Assembly: GCF_964355755.1 (NCBI RefSeq)
Contig: NC_092680.1
Location: 13,339,045-13,403,044, forward strand
DNA: 64,000 bases
DNA from: Antedon mediterranea
Lineage: Eukaryota > Animalia > Echinodermata
Direction: 5' to 3'
Position 1 is the stretch's first letter. Every line of letters begins with the position of its first letter. The position numbers and the translations under genes were made by a program. Shown piece after piece: positions 1 to 15,100 of this stretch. The notes below the pieces were generated by a model that did not search any database, was not told the origin of the DNA, and saw nothing but the letters and a program-made list of their open reading frames with translations.

Positions 1-114
1 AGTCTGTTAATCTTAAGAGGAGCGCCAAAGATTTCAGTGGGAATGCAAATGAAACCAGACAAGATGCTGTAACTCTGGAGAATTATATTAACAGCCTTTC
101 CAGATTGGTCCAAG
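1..114 (+). CDS. LAMA: laminin alpha exon (coiled coil, partial)
   Basis: [37 protein letters not shown]; donor gtaatg at 115. Confidence 0.8.
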
Positions 115-3100
115 GTAATGATAATCTTTTATATACTAGAACATTTTGTACAAGGTTTACTAGTCTGAAATATATGAAAGAGGATAAATATTTTGTTCTT
201 AGTGTGATAATCACTTACAAACAAAGCTATAATGGGTGCGGGTATATGTTGATAATACCTGCAGGCCTAACTACACTTCACAAGTGCTTACAAGCCACCC
301 AAGAAAATGTGTTCCGCCACCAGAAATATGGAAAAAGAGAGCCTTCAACCTTTTTTACTGATTGAATGGCTGTTGATCTCAGTGTCCTGCTTTAACCACC
401 TGGTCATTCTTTCTGATTTAAATTATTATCCAATTGATTCCTCTGGATAAGATGACATTCCCTGCTGAATGTTTTTAAATAGGAAATTTAATTAAACTAT
501 TCATTTGTAATTCTTTTTTACAGATACTATAGAATATGTGAGGAACCAAATTGAAAACTTTGCTACAAAACCTGTCCAAGAAGGTCAACTAATTATAGAT
601 GAAGCTAAAAGAATCATAGCAGAAATTGAGGCCAAAGATTTTAGTAACCAAGAATTATTGTCTGATCAGGAACTAGTGTAAGTTACACTAAAGTAAATTT
701 AGAAAAGTCAAATCGTGGCTTTGAACATTTTTTGCTGATATCGCTAAAAAGATACTATTGTAAAGTTTGGTTTGTGGTACTTGTATTTCCAAAAGGAAAT
801 ACATGCAAAGTAAAGTTGATATTAAATGTCTCTACATTTTATTGTTACATACAGTATTACATCCATCGTTTGAAGATTCTCTTACCATCTTAACTTGACT
901 TATCTGTTGATGTGGTATGCTTTTTATTGTTAAGGTTGAGCCAGGATGTTTTGAGAAGAGCCCAAGAATTACTGGACCTAAGTGCTGATGACTTAAATAC
1001 ACTGATAATGTCCATCCTGCAAAGTATCAATGACGTCAACAACAAGTATGTTGAGATTATTGATTGGAGTACGCAAGCAAACAATGCATCTGAATCAGCT
1101 CATCTCCTCAATCTAAGAAGTTTAGCAAATAAACAACAAGTTGAGGTAAGACACAAATAAACAGAAGGAATTGTTTTCATTACTTTTGTTAGTGTCCCAA
1201 TTTTCAAGAAATAGAAACACAAAGAGAGAAGAATGTTTAACCAAGAGAGTACCTACCTGGATTGACATTGAATTTAGTCATATTTTCTTGCATAGTGGGG
1301 CTTGGGGTTAACAGTGTCATAGACACATACTTGATAACGTGCTGATAGAAAGTAGCTTTGCCCCAGATTGCTAGTTAATTTCGTTTTCCTTTTCGGGCAT
1401 AATTGTACTGTATATTCAGTACATTGAGAACACTTTGCAAAAAAATACATCAGATTAGGGCGAAACGACCTTACAAGCATTTATAATAAAATCATTGCAT
1501 CATCATTACTTTCAATACATCACTATCATACTGATCAATCCCCACTACTATAATTTACTGTTTATTATTATTATTTATTATAGATACACACACAATCTGC
1601 TAAAATGTTGGCAAAAGATGCTGAGAAGAATTTGAGAGAAGCCCAGGAGTTGTTAGTAGATGCAAACAGATTCCTGAATATTGGTCTAGCAAATTCACAG
1701 GTTTGTGTTAACATTTCAGTCAGGGGGAAAATGGCAAAAGGTTTTCTACTTTCAAGGAGTTTTATCAGATAATCTATATTGTTTTGACTACTCTTGTAAC
1801 ATTGCTGTTTTGCCATTTTTCCTCAAATTGATTTATGAATCTTTTACTGTACATTATAAAGACAATTAAAAAACCCTCACAATGTATTCACATTGATTAT
1901 ACTTGAATAACACCATGTATGGAAGAATATGAAAAAGATGGCTTTTAAAATATTTCAGTGATCATTTGAATGTTTGTTTTTAATAAAAAATTTAATTTCT
2001 TTTATCTTCCTAACATAAACTTGATGGTTGGATTTAATATCAAGCTATATTTGATTGTGTATTTATAATAATGATATACAATATGCAAGGTTTCTTATTT
2101 ATGCATGTATCCATATGGCAAGTAACCCACTCATTTTGTTTTTAAATAGATTCTGCAAGCAGATTACAACAACCTCACAACACAGGTGGATATTTTAAGT
2201 GAAGCTACTGGCCTTCTTGCCAGAGGTGTGCTGCCATTGCAAGCAATAGTTGACACAGCAGGCAGACACTCGGCTGATCTATTAGCAATATCAAATAGTA
2301 TAATTGAGTAAGTTCTTATGTTAAAGCTATGTTGGCTACTAGATGCACGCCAAACTTTAAGTACTAATATAAGTTATTGAGACTGAGTTACTGAAAGTAT
2401 TGGTGATGAACTTATGACTTAAGCCTCGATGTAATTTGTCAGCCAAATGTTTTTAATTTTAAAATATAACTGATGATCATGTTTTAATTTCCTTTTTAAT
2501 TTAAACCAATATAAAAAAAGAATATTGTATTATAAAATTAATTAAAACATTTTTTGTAAACAGATTATTTGGTCCAACAAGGAATTATGCTGAGGATGCA
2601 CTGAGGGCAGCAAATGCTTATAGTGACATTGTACGTGCTGTTAGAGAAGCAGATAATGCAAGTAAAATAGCACGTCGTGCGGCTGATGAAGCATATAGAA
2701 CCGTAAGTTAAATGTTTTTGTTTATTTAATCAAAATGAAAATATAGTGAATCTTGAAATTTGTTAGATTACTCAAATAACTAGTAAATAGCCGGATGGAA
2801 AACAAATTTCAATTATTTTTATGAATTTTATTTTTGTTTAGAGTTATCCGAATTCTGGAGCTTCTTTACCCGACCGGGCTGAGTTGGCCATAACCAGAAG
2901 TAATGACCAGCTAACTGCTGCTAATAGGGCAAAAGGTCGATCTGAGGCATTGAGGTCAAGATTGAATGATGTGATTTCTAAAATGGCTCTTATCCAACCA
3001 CTATTGGTGGAAGGCCATACAGAACTAGATGTTATTCTTGGACTTCTTGGTTCATTTGATACAGGTGAGGCATTATTGTATTTTGTATGTTGTGATGGCG

Positions 3101-6100
3101 TATGTGTGATTTGTTGTTTAGACTTTGGCCTATTCTCAATGATTGCTACATAATTTGTAGATCTATAATATGGGCGGCCATTAGGGCCAAAATAGACAAA
3201 CGTTGCCGTACGAACAATTCCGCTCCCGTAAGGCAAACTAATGGCGTTAAAGACATAATTTCTCGAGTGACAAACAAATATTGCCGTACGGACACACAAA
3301 CACATTGCCATATGAACAAATTGCCATATGGTTAAATTGCCGTAAGGACAAAAATTGGCGTAAGGACAAAAATTGCCGAAAGGACAAAAATTGCCGACGT
3401 TTTTGTATTTTTTACATTTTCAGTGTTACTTATTGTTTTTATGGTATTAGAAATTAAATATTTGTGAGAAAACGGCGGATTGCTCCTGGGAGTCGCTTGG
3501 TGGGATTATACTAGGGTACCTCCTTAGTCGTCCAGTAAAAGTTAGAGTATGACCACTAGTCCCGTTTACTCAGCATTTATCTTTTAAATCTGAGTGTAAC
3601 TCAATTACGATTTTTAATATTATAGTGAAATACATATTATATACATTATATACACTCAGATTTAAAAGATAAATGCCGAGTAAACTTATACTGGACGACT
3701 ACGGAGGGAGGTACCCTCTAGTATAATCCCACCAAGTGACTTCCAGGAGCAATCCGCCGTTTTCTCACAAATATTTAATTTCTAATACCATAAAAACCAT
3801 AAGTAACACTGAAAATGTAAAAAATACACAAACGGCGTTTCAAAGTTATTGTTGGCTGGAAAAAATAAAAGTGGGCTTGCTTATTGTCGGCTCTTGACAC
3901 AAGCCTTCCATGATTATGTTTTTATTCCCCAGAAGGACTGGACACAGAGTGGTTTCAGTCACGTGGTTTTAAAATACTATGCTGCCCTCAATGTTTATAT
4001 TTAGTTAGACTGTACGCCAATTTGCCCTTACGCCAATTTTTGTCCTTACGCCAATTTTTGTCCTTTCGGCAAGTTTTGTCCTTTCGGCAAGTTTTGTCAT
4101 TAAGCCAATTTTTGTCCTTACGCCAATTTAACCATACGGAAATTTGTTCATATGGCAATGTGTTTGTGTGTCCGTACGGCAATATTTGTTTGTCACTCGA
4201 GGAATTATGTCTTTAACGTCATTAGTTTGCCTTACGGGAGCGGAATTGTTCGTACGGCAACGTTTGTCTATTTTTGCCCTAATGGCCGCCCATATTATAA
4301 TACTGTCACTCATTGAACTAATCAAATTTGTAACTGATTTGCAGGAAGGTGGTTTATTTTAAAGTGCAAAAATTCATAAGAATAACTATTGTTTTGTGTA
4401 CAGTCGTATTTTTATCTTTCTTTAGACCTTGGTAGGAAGGCTATAAATGCCACAAACGTTGCTTATAATGCTGAAGTGACTACTCAGGGAGCCAAGACTA
4501 TTATTGATACTGTGTCTGCAGGAATTATTGCAAGCACAGCAGTATTTCAAAAAGGACTAAAAGATAAAAATGCAGGCGAAGTGTCTTTAGATGAGGCAGA
4601 TAAAACAAGTATGTTCTTTCTCACTTAAATAGTGACTTTTAACTTTAGAGATATGGTGCATCAAGTTAAATACGTTTCAGATTGTCAAGTTTGTTTTAAT
4701 TTATATCATTTTCTTTCAGTTGGGTCTTGGCTCTTTATAAAACTTTTGAGGGCCCTGTGACACATTAAAATCACAATTGTTTCTATTAGTATTGATTATC
4801 ATGCATCTGGAAAATCAGAATTACAGCTACGTTATTGTGCACAAACCTGTTTATTAAATTAATTACTTTTTAGTTTCCCGACTTGAAGCTTCAATCCGCA
4901 TTGCTCGTGAAAAAACAACTGCAATGGAATCAACAGTTACAGAGTTCAATGCCCTCAATGATGTAGTCATTGGAAAGTTTGCAATGTTGAAAGAACAGAT
5001 TCGAAAAGCTAGACTTGTCGCTTCAGATGTAAGTTTGATTTTTATTATTTTTAAACCAGTATGTGCAAGCCAATGTTTGTGTAGAGTGAGAATGTAAAGT
5101 ATAATGCAGAACAAAGTCAAAGTAACAATGTTTTACTGGTGCTATAACTTTCTTTCTCTTTGTTTCCATTCACATAGGTCATAAACATACATAAATAATC
5201 ATAGTGGTGAACATGTTTGCTACCTTTTATGTCCTTTCTATATCACATTTTACTCATTGTAGTGTTTATTGTCATACTGTACAAGGCCGTAGCGAGAGGT
5301 CAAAAACAGACGAAGCAATTGTGCTTTAAATATAATTATTAATAAAAATATGACGATCTGTGCTGGGGAATTGGGATTGGTAGTGACAATTGTCTGCCTC
5401 ATGCTGGATATGGCCTGTAATTCCTATTGTAGGTTTGTGTGTATTGATATTGACAACTTTCTTTCTATGTATTGTTTAATGAATCTTTGAATTTTAGATT
5501 CGAGTTTCACTGAAATCTGGAGAAACTTGTTCACGGTCTTATAGACCTCTGGTGACATCATCATTCTTCAATACAATTGTTGTCAAGGTGTCGATTGAAG
5601 GTGGTAGCCATCTTATCTTCTACATGAATAATACTGAATCCGTAAGTTTACCTAAAACGAATAATAGTTATTAATATTCTCCTGTTGTGTAGTCTGACTT
5701 CCAAAGTTTAAACTTAATACTAAAAGAATAAAACTTAAGCAACCTTTCTGTTTTTCAAGTTTTTCCAAAGCTTGCCAGTGTAAACCAGAATAACAAACTA
5801 CAACAAACTGCAGGAAACTATTTTGCCAAAGTCAAACTATTTTGCTGAAATTTCATTTTATTTAAAATCAAAAATGTACTAATCATAGCCTTTCATGTTT
5901 CATTTTTATACCAATGTTATTTTTTTTTAGTCGGACTTCCTATCTCTAGAGGTGTTAGACAGACAAGTTGTCTTAAAGTTTGACTTGGGTTCAGGATTTT
6001 TCCGCCTATCTCATCCAGCTTTATTACAAGATAATAAATGGTATAAAGTTGAAATTACAAGGTATGGCTTATTTATCTTTTTAATTTTATGATTTCATTG

Positions 6101-9100
6101 TGCTGCTTTGATCAATTCTAAAATCAAATATGAAGCAAGAAATTCAAATAATTTATAATGCTTTTAGCAGTGAGCTTGTTGTAGATGTTCTCTGAAGCTA
6201 TTTCGGCTACATTTCTTTTTTCTTTTCCTATTTGGCAACATTGTTAATCATCATTGATTTCATTGCTGTCATTGTCAGCATCATCATCACCATCATTGTC
6301 ATCATCAACATCATCATCATCATCACCACTGTCATCATCATTATCATCATCATTATCACTATCATCATCTTCATCATATTAACCATTATCATTTTTCCTC
6401 TTTCCTTATGTCTCAAACTATTACGATGTCTCTAATATTTTATGAACCAACCAATTAATTGATATACAATATTCATCAATCGCACATTATTTTGCTTTCT
6501 AGATCAGGGCGGCAGACGTTGCTGAATGTGAACGTAGTGAAAGATGCACAGGTTACAGACACATCAGAAATTACGGAACCGAATGTAGCAGTAGAAGGTG
6601 AATCGAGTGGATCCAATACCGTTCTGACATTCAATGAGAACAGTAAATTCTTTGTAGCAGGACTACCTGATGGTGTATCTGTAAGTGTTGTGGCAAACCA
6701 ATTTTTAAAATGAGGTCAAAGTGTAACATAATGTGAAATAAAATAGTCACACTACTTGTACCATTTCTGCCAGTTCATAAAGGCAAGACAATTTTGTGTT
6801 ATTTATTTCCTTTAATATTCATTTTGAGTTGAACGGATATATATATCCTTTACTTGCACTGATGAAGGGCTAGTGTTGCCCGAAAGCTCGGCTAACTTTT
6901 CTGGCTGTTTTATATTATTGTTTTGATTTAGCTTTTCGCTTTTTTTTTTGTATCTCCATTGAGATTCAGTCACTGATACCCACAGCATTGTCATTTTTTC
7001 AGTATTTTGCCTTTGGATTTATGTATATATTCTTTAATATTTATTCTGGCAGAATTTGAATATTTGATATACTTCAACATTGTTAGCATGTTCTACTATT
7101 TCGTGTCATTCATTCCTGCTGTGGGGGCTTTGTGTGTCTTAAGTAAAAATCCCAGGTGTTACTTTAAAATATACACACACTAATTACCTTATTTGATATT
7201 ACAGGATTCTCATCTACGAACAACATCGTTCAGCGGATGCTTGGATGTAATTAAGTTTGACAGTAACTTGATTGGACTACATAACTTCCTTACAACAACA
7301 AATAATTGCAGTTTATGTTCAAGAGCGTAAGTTGAATAAGTGAATTATTGACAAAGATTAGCAATAATTAATTTTGAAACATTTTGTATTTTGTTGTACT
7401 TTACTAGGTTAATTGAACATATTTTTTAAACATCTTGTGTTGATTACACTTAACTGTACTGTCATTGGTTTTAATTACACTAATCGGTATTTTATTACTG
7501 ATTATATTGAATATAAATTGTAATGCTGCTTATTTGATAAATGTGTGTGTATATAAACTTGCAACAGCATGGATAAATATTGGTTTGATGCAAAACATTA
7601 TTTAGACTTAATAGTTTATTGCTAAAGATTTGGGGGTTTTTTTTCACTTATAATAATAATCTGAATATTTTGAAGCGCTCTTTACCAAAACAGTGCTTGC
7701 AATAAAAAAAGGTGGTGTTTAAGAACAGATTTAAACTTTTTCAACGTAGAATATTACATATACAATAAGGTAATGGATTCCAAAGGAAAGGTACAGTGGC
7801 AAAAAATGCCCTGTGGGAAGTAGAATTTGCCTAGTTTGTTTTAGGCACTTGTAGGATTCTGTATCAGTGGATGAACGGAGACAACGGCTAGGTTGATAAG
7901 GTCTTAAACCTTGTCTACACTATCAAACCTAATGTTACAAAAAATGTAATGTGCCCATGGACATGATGATGTCATTGCACTATCACTAAAATTTGGGCAT
8001 AGCACTACCATATTTTGACTATTGGCACTTCTGTAAATAAGACCACCTTCACAAGTGAATATGATGTACTGTACATAAAACAGTCCAAACCAAACCAACA
8101 TATTTATTTTATAGTCTAGCATATTTGATTATTTATTATTATATAATTTTAAAAAATAAAATTATTATAAATATTATTATACAGTTATATATACTTTGAT
8201 TGTTTTAGTCCTGAGGAACTCATTACTACAAATGAATACAGTTTTCAAGGAACAGGGTATGTTGTACTGCAACAGAAGGAGAATGTCAATAACTTCAAAC
8301 TGGACATCAAAACATACGCCGAGAATGGCCTTATATCTTTCGCAGCTTCAGATGATCAGGTTGGTATATTTAGTTCTTGTTCACACGTGACACAAAGTAA
8401 GGTTTGGTTTACACACTAGATTTATTGTTACGTAATTTTCATTTTGCAGTTTTGTGTGTTTTGTCTAGATGTTGGTAGTTTTTTTTAGGTTATTGATTTC
8501 CTTTAGTTGTACATGAGCACTTTGGTGGATATATGCGCTTAACAAATTATTATTCTAAATTACTAATGGTTTGTTTACCAGGTAGTTATTTCAACAGTTA
8601 TACCACCATGAGCCTTATGGTATTACTATGTCAACTTTCTTTTTTACGGTAGCATGCAGTTTCATAAAATCTATGTCATATTTTAAATTTCAGCAATCTT
8701 TTACATCACTTGAATTGATTGATGGAAAGGTTGTTCTCAAGTTTAACTTTGGTACTGAGACCTTTAAGATCCTATTTGATAAAAAGGTAAATGATGGAGA
8801 ATGGCATTCAATCTTCAGTAAATGGAACGGAGAAAGGGGTGAGTAAAGCCAAATTGAATTTAGCTCAAAGTACTAATAACTGTTTTCCTTTTCCTCAGCA
8901 AGCAGTCATAATATGTCATCTGAATAGAAAGACAATGCAAAGGATAGTACAAACATCTTAATGGCAGTCTGATTCTATATTCATCTCACTCTCTACATTG
9001 TTCTATTTACAGCACATTACTGAATCTACTATTTTACTAATATGACTTAATGTCAAGGGTTTAGCCTAGTCTGCAGGCATTGGTTCAAGCCTGCCTTATT

Positions 9101-12100
9101 GATTGTAACAAAGATACTTTATTCTTGTTGGATGAGTATAAACATGTTGGTCTGTTGGTCCCATGTACACACATACCATGTCTCCCAGTTTGATAATCAG
9201 GGTAGGTTTCACTACTGGCTCTCATGGGTCAGTAGAAAGCCTAATCAAAATGTTCGCATTCTCCGGTTCTACATGATGGTACAGTTTTATAAAGTTAGCA
9301 AAATTACAGTAAACAAAATTAATAAAAATCAATATAAAAAATGTTTGAAAGTAATTTTTATAAAATATGTACATTTTCTTTGCTGAATACAACTTTTAAA
9401 GATTAGTTTGTCCTTATTTGTACAATTCCTAATAATTACTCCATACATCAATTTGCGATATATATAATTAAATTCATTGCACGTGATATTGTGTGGTTTA
9501 TCATGTGACATATTTTTCAGCTTTTGTGAATGTTGATGGTGAATACGAGTCGGTGATGTTTCAAAAGCGCACTAAGGAAGGTGTTGAAACTAATGGCAGA
9601 CTTTATTTTGGTGGATTAGACCTAATGTATCAGTTAAGGTAAATTTGGACCAATGACACTACATTTTATATTCATTCAATGTACATAAGCACCACCTAAC
9701 TAATCACAATTTCAGCCTGAAATATACCTTTTTGGAGCTGGAGCAGTAGGCCTAGCTAGCTAGCCTAATCTGCTCTAAATTAAGTTGAATAATAGAATAA
9801 ATGGGACTCAAATAATAATGTTTCTTTCAAAGCTATAGTACATGTCATATTACAATAAATATTTATGAAAATCATTAGTTTATGAAATATAGGGGTCTAA
9901 AAAATTATTTAAAAAATATTGTTTTTCATGATGCATATGATGCAAACAAATTTTGTCTTTGAAGTAAATGTGTACAACTTTTTGAATGTTGATGTTCTAG
10001 TAGAATCCTTGTGTGTAATGCCTCCCTACAAACTGGACAACATTTTATGTACAAGTTGGGTGGGGCTTATACCAGTGTCTGTACAGTACATATCAAGCAT
10101 AGAAATACGCATAATAAATAAATAGATTAAGAAATAACAGAATGATAATGTTTTCTTCAATAGTGTGGATGTAATGCGCACCCCATTTCGGGGTTGCATG
10201 CGGAAACTCCAATTAAAACTTCAAGTGCTATCACTGCAGAATAGTGAAGAGTTTGCAGGTTTTCGCGTAGGGTGTGTCAAACAGGTAGGTCTTTTAATTT
10301 TTAATTTTTATATTTATTCACTCATTTCCTTTATTTTGGATAGTACATCCCTATACAAAACAAGAACAGAAAATATTTCACCAGGAAATTAACAATACCA
10401 TCTTCCATAAAAACAACCTACGATATCCTAAAATATCAATTTGTACCAACGCTGATTCAGGTTGGATTGTGGAAGAACATTAACTATGGTTTTAAACAGA
10501 CTATTGAAACTGTCATGAACTATGAATAGAGTTCCTCCAATATTTATAAAATTAGGGAATATGTTATTTTTAATAAAGATTATGCTTGTATGTACTAGGG
10601 TATAGTATATATTTGTTATTGTATTATATTTTGATATATATATATATATATATATATGATGTCATCTTTATCATAACAATAGCCGTCAAGAACAGTGAGT
10701 TTTCAAGGAGATGGCTACCTTGAAATGGAAGGTATCAATCTGCCTTCAGATGCTAACATTACACTCGCCTTCTCAACTTTCCAAGAAAATGCCTTGTTGT
10801 TGCTTGGCATTAACAAACCAAGTCGCAAGAGAAGAAATAATGTTGACAACACACAGGTAATCATTTTTTAGCTGAAATTGACTTGTTGTACCAATATATT
10901 GTCTGAGGTATCATGCAAATGCATATTATTTGCAAGAGCCGATCAGAAAGCAGATTGTGTAGGTTTTTTAAACATGTATTTATTTACATGTACATATTTA
11001 TTCCTTGATGTTATGTCTTTGATATGTGTATATGGTTTTGAAAACAATGCCACATAGGCACATCCACACATTATGTAAAAGTGGTATGTATATGTGGTAA
11101 CTGATAAATACAATATGCAATATAATCTACAATTATCAAAAGAGATAAAATGGCCCATGGATATCTAATTCCTACTACTTCCTGTATAAACCAGTATAAT
11201 AGAAGATAACATTATCACTTATTACCCTTGGCTAATGCTAAATTAATAAAACATCAAAGAATAAGGTTTCAAAAAGAGAAGTGTTGATGAATGACATCAT
11301 CATGATGAACAATAACAATTATTCATACACTTTCATGTGCTTTGAACTTATGCTGTATCATAACGGCTTGAACAATTTGAACCAACCTTGAGAAAGGAAA
11401 CATTTTACAGTTTTTAAAAATATTGTTATCAGTGGAGTAACAGCTATGAGCGCTCACTGGCTAAACCCAGCGGCCTTTGAGATTATGGGGGTCCCTGAGC
11501 AGTGCCCAGAGGGGAAAAAAAGGCATTTAAATATGTCTAAAATAAGGCTGAAAATGCCTGAAACCTCCAGCGTAGGAGGGTTACTAAGGTTTCCTAAAAC
11601 AGATGCCTCTGCATTACATCACTGATTGTTATGGTCTCATTGTTTTTTGTTCATTAGAGTGGTTACTCAATCTACTTGAGTGGTGGCCATATTGAAGTTG
11701 CAATGAATGCAGGCTCTGGAGAACGTGTTGTAAAAACAAAAAAGGCAAATGGCATGTTTAACGATGGCAAACCACATGTTGTTATTGTTGAGAAAGCTGG
11801 AAAAAAGTAAGTGTATAATAATAAACCTGATAATTTACCATCGTGTTCTGTAACTAAGGTTGTTACATAATTTTTCGATTTACAGTGTAAACTTCCCTTG
11901 TTTGTAAACATTATCAAAAGTCATAAATATATATAAACTTTTTGAAGGTCAGTTCTTTTATAAGTAAATCTCACAGAGTGTGCTGTTTTTGGCCGTTTTA
12001 GGTTTCCCTAAATGCAGTATACAGTAGCTTGGATAGTTCAGGACGTTGCTTTTCACTTGTTATCAAGTATGACAAACATACATACATGTAGCAATTTTTT

Positions 12101-15100
12101 ACCACAGAACGTCATTCTAACAGTGCTGAGCCACGAAAAATAAAGTGGTGAGGGAACGGGGAATAAACGGGAATAATCTGTGTGCTAGCCACAGGGTTGT
12201 CAAAGGCTCTCTGTGAAAAAGTGGTCAGGTTGACATCTTACAAACCATACTAGCTACGGCCCTATCCAATATGAGTCATTATTTGTCATTTGCCTATTGT
12301 ATAGAATCAAATTGTATGTAGACGACATTGCTGCACCAAAAAGCCGCAGGTTGCTTGGTACAGATGAGAAAGTGGTTGTGACATCAATATTTATAGGTGG
12401 AGTTCCTTCTGAGCAAACCTCACCAGCACCACCTCTATCAGGCTGCATCCAGAATCTTGCAATAAGCGATAATGTTAAAATTGATAGGTAAAGTACACTA
12501 TTTAAAGTTTACTTTTTGATTAAATGTTATTAAACTTGGACATGCTATGCTATATGTTTTGCACAAATGTGATAATTAAATGTTGTTTTCATGTTTGACA
12601 AGTACATGATTGGTGTATATGTTCTGCGTGGTTCTAGGACACCTACCCCCTAGACAGTTACCCCCCGGATGTTTACCACCCGGACAACTACCCCCTTAGG
12701 ACAACTACCCCCTTAGGACAACTACCCCCTTAGGATAACAACCACCCCCTTAGGACAACCACCCCCTTAGGATAACTACCCCCCGGTCAACTACCCCCCC
12801 CCCCCCCCCCCCCATCCAAAAGTAGACAAATATATAGGACCGGTTTCTGTAAAAATGAAATCATCTGTTTTTAACGGGTGTTTCGAAACTAGAGACCCGA
12901 GACCAGAGACTGACACGAGACCCAATACGAAAAGGGAGCCCTATATTTGGGTCTCCCTTTTCGTATATTAGGGTATCCCTTTTCGTATAGTGTGGTCTCT
13001 CTTTTCGTATAGTGGGGTCTCCCTTTTCTTATAGTGGGTCTCCCTTTTCGTATATTTAGGTCTCCCATTTCGTATATTTGGGTCTCCCTTTTCGTATATT
13101 TGGTCTCCCTTTTCGTATATTTAGGTCTCCCTTTTCGTATATTAGGGTCTCCCTTTTCGTATAGTGGGGTCTCCCTTTTCGTATAGTGGGGTCTCTCTTT
13201 TTGTACATGGGTCTCCCTTTTCGTATATTTAGGTCTCCCTTTTCGTATTGGGTCTCGGGTCTCTAGTTTCGAAACACCCGTTTTTAACCGATTATTCTGT
13301 TTAACAGCACGCTAGACCCTAGATGTGCTAGATTTAAAGTACCGTATTTATTGAAAAAACGGCCTGGGCTGTTTATTGTTCAGGTGGTTTTTAGGTGGAC
13401 ATTTATTGGAAGAAAGTTGTTTATTCAATGGGAGGGGGTATAATCTAATGGAAATAGACGCCGATTATTCCATATGATGTGTCATGGGAGTGACATGGTC
13501 ATAGTTTATTTGAGGGGAATTTATTTAAAGATCGCCGTTTATTCGGTGAGTGAACATTAAGGTCAAATATCAAAAGTGATATTATTCTTCAAGTGTACAA
13601 AAATACAAATGACAAATTTGAGACAAAAATTAATTCTTTTAAGACCAGTGGTTATCGAAGCATTGTCCTGACGCAAAAATTATTATTATTATTAGCGAAC
13701 CCAGTCTTTACAGTAAATACAGGGAGTACTATATAATACGTTCGACTATCCTATGATCATGTGTGACAATCTTCAGTTTATACCAGGCTATATTTATGTT
13801 CAATCTTTTACTTTTGTTTACAATAATGAATAGTAATTCGTCAAAGTAACGAATTAAAATATAGTTATTAATTCCTATTATACGCTGTTGCAGAGTCAGG
13901 TTGTTGAATGGTCTGGGTGGTAGTTGTCAGTCCGGGGGGTAGTTGTTCTAAAGGGATAGCTTTCTGGGTGGTAGTTGTCCAGGGGTTAGTTGTCCTACGG
14001 AGGTAGTTGTCCTAAAAGATTATTTGCCCTCGGAGTATTGTCCAGGTCCAGGAGGTAGTTGTCCTACGGGGAGTATTGTGTCAGAGGCAGTTGTCCGCGG
14101 GGTAATTACCCGGGGTGGGGGGTAATTCTCCGGGGGTAATTGTTCCTAGGGGGTATTGTCCGGGGGTAGTTGTCCAGGGGTTAGTTGTCCTACGGAGGTA
14201 GTTGTCCTAAAAGATTATTTGCCCTCGGAGTATTGTCCAGGAAGTAGTTATTCTACGGGGAGTATTGTTTCAGAGGTAGTTGTCCGCGGGGTAATTATCC
14301 AGGGGGGGGGGGGTTGTAATTGTCCGGGGGGTAATTGTTCCTAGGGGGTAATTGTCCCGGGGGTAGTTGTCCTAAGGGGGTAGTTGTCCGGGGGTATTTG
14401 TCTGGGGGGTAGTTGTCCTAAAGGGGTAGTTGTCCTAAGGGGGTAGTGGTCCAGGTGGTGGTTGTCCGGGGGGTAGTTTTCCGGGGGTAAATGTCCAGGG
14501 GGTGAATATCCGGATACGGTTCTGCGTGTGTTTGTAGAGGTTAAACAGATGATTGGTGTATATATGTTCTGCATGTGTTCATAGAGATATCATAGATAAT
14601 GTTAACATTATGATAGTAAATAACACCAATAATATCTAAAAACGCTATTGTTCTCAGGCAATCGACCATGTGCATGTTTTAATCAATCTTATTTTGGTTT
14701 TTCTTATTTTATCTTATTACAACAATATTTTTTAAAAATCATTTCGATGTTAATTTTTTTTTTTTTAGGCCTCCCATTGACTTTGCAAACTATCTTGGTT
14801 TTTCTGCCGCATATATTGATGTCTGTTCTGTCATAGCTGAACCTTCTATCTCGGAGGAAGCATCTGTGTCTTTTGTCACTCAAGTTATACCTGTCAACAC
14901 ACCAGGTAAAGTTTGAAAATTGCATTTTATGTAGGTAATACATTTGTTCTTTTGTACATAATGTTCACAATAAATGATTTATAATAAGTATCACAGTCAA
15001 ATAAGTACCTCAGTCAAATAAGTACCACAGTCATAAAAAATGTACCGCAGTCAACATGTACCGCAGTCAACATGTACCGCAGTCAACATGTACCGCAGTC

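Noticed and set aside
6228-6435. Poly-Ile and poly-Met ORFs
   Set aside because: Translations of an (ATC)n microsatellite
14156-14574. Gly/Cys- and Pro-rich ORFs
   Set aside because: Translations of foldback-element subrepeats
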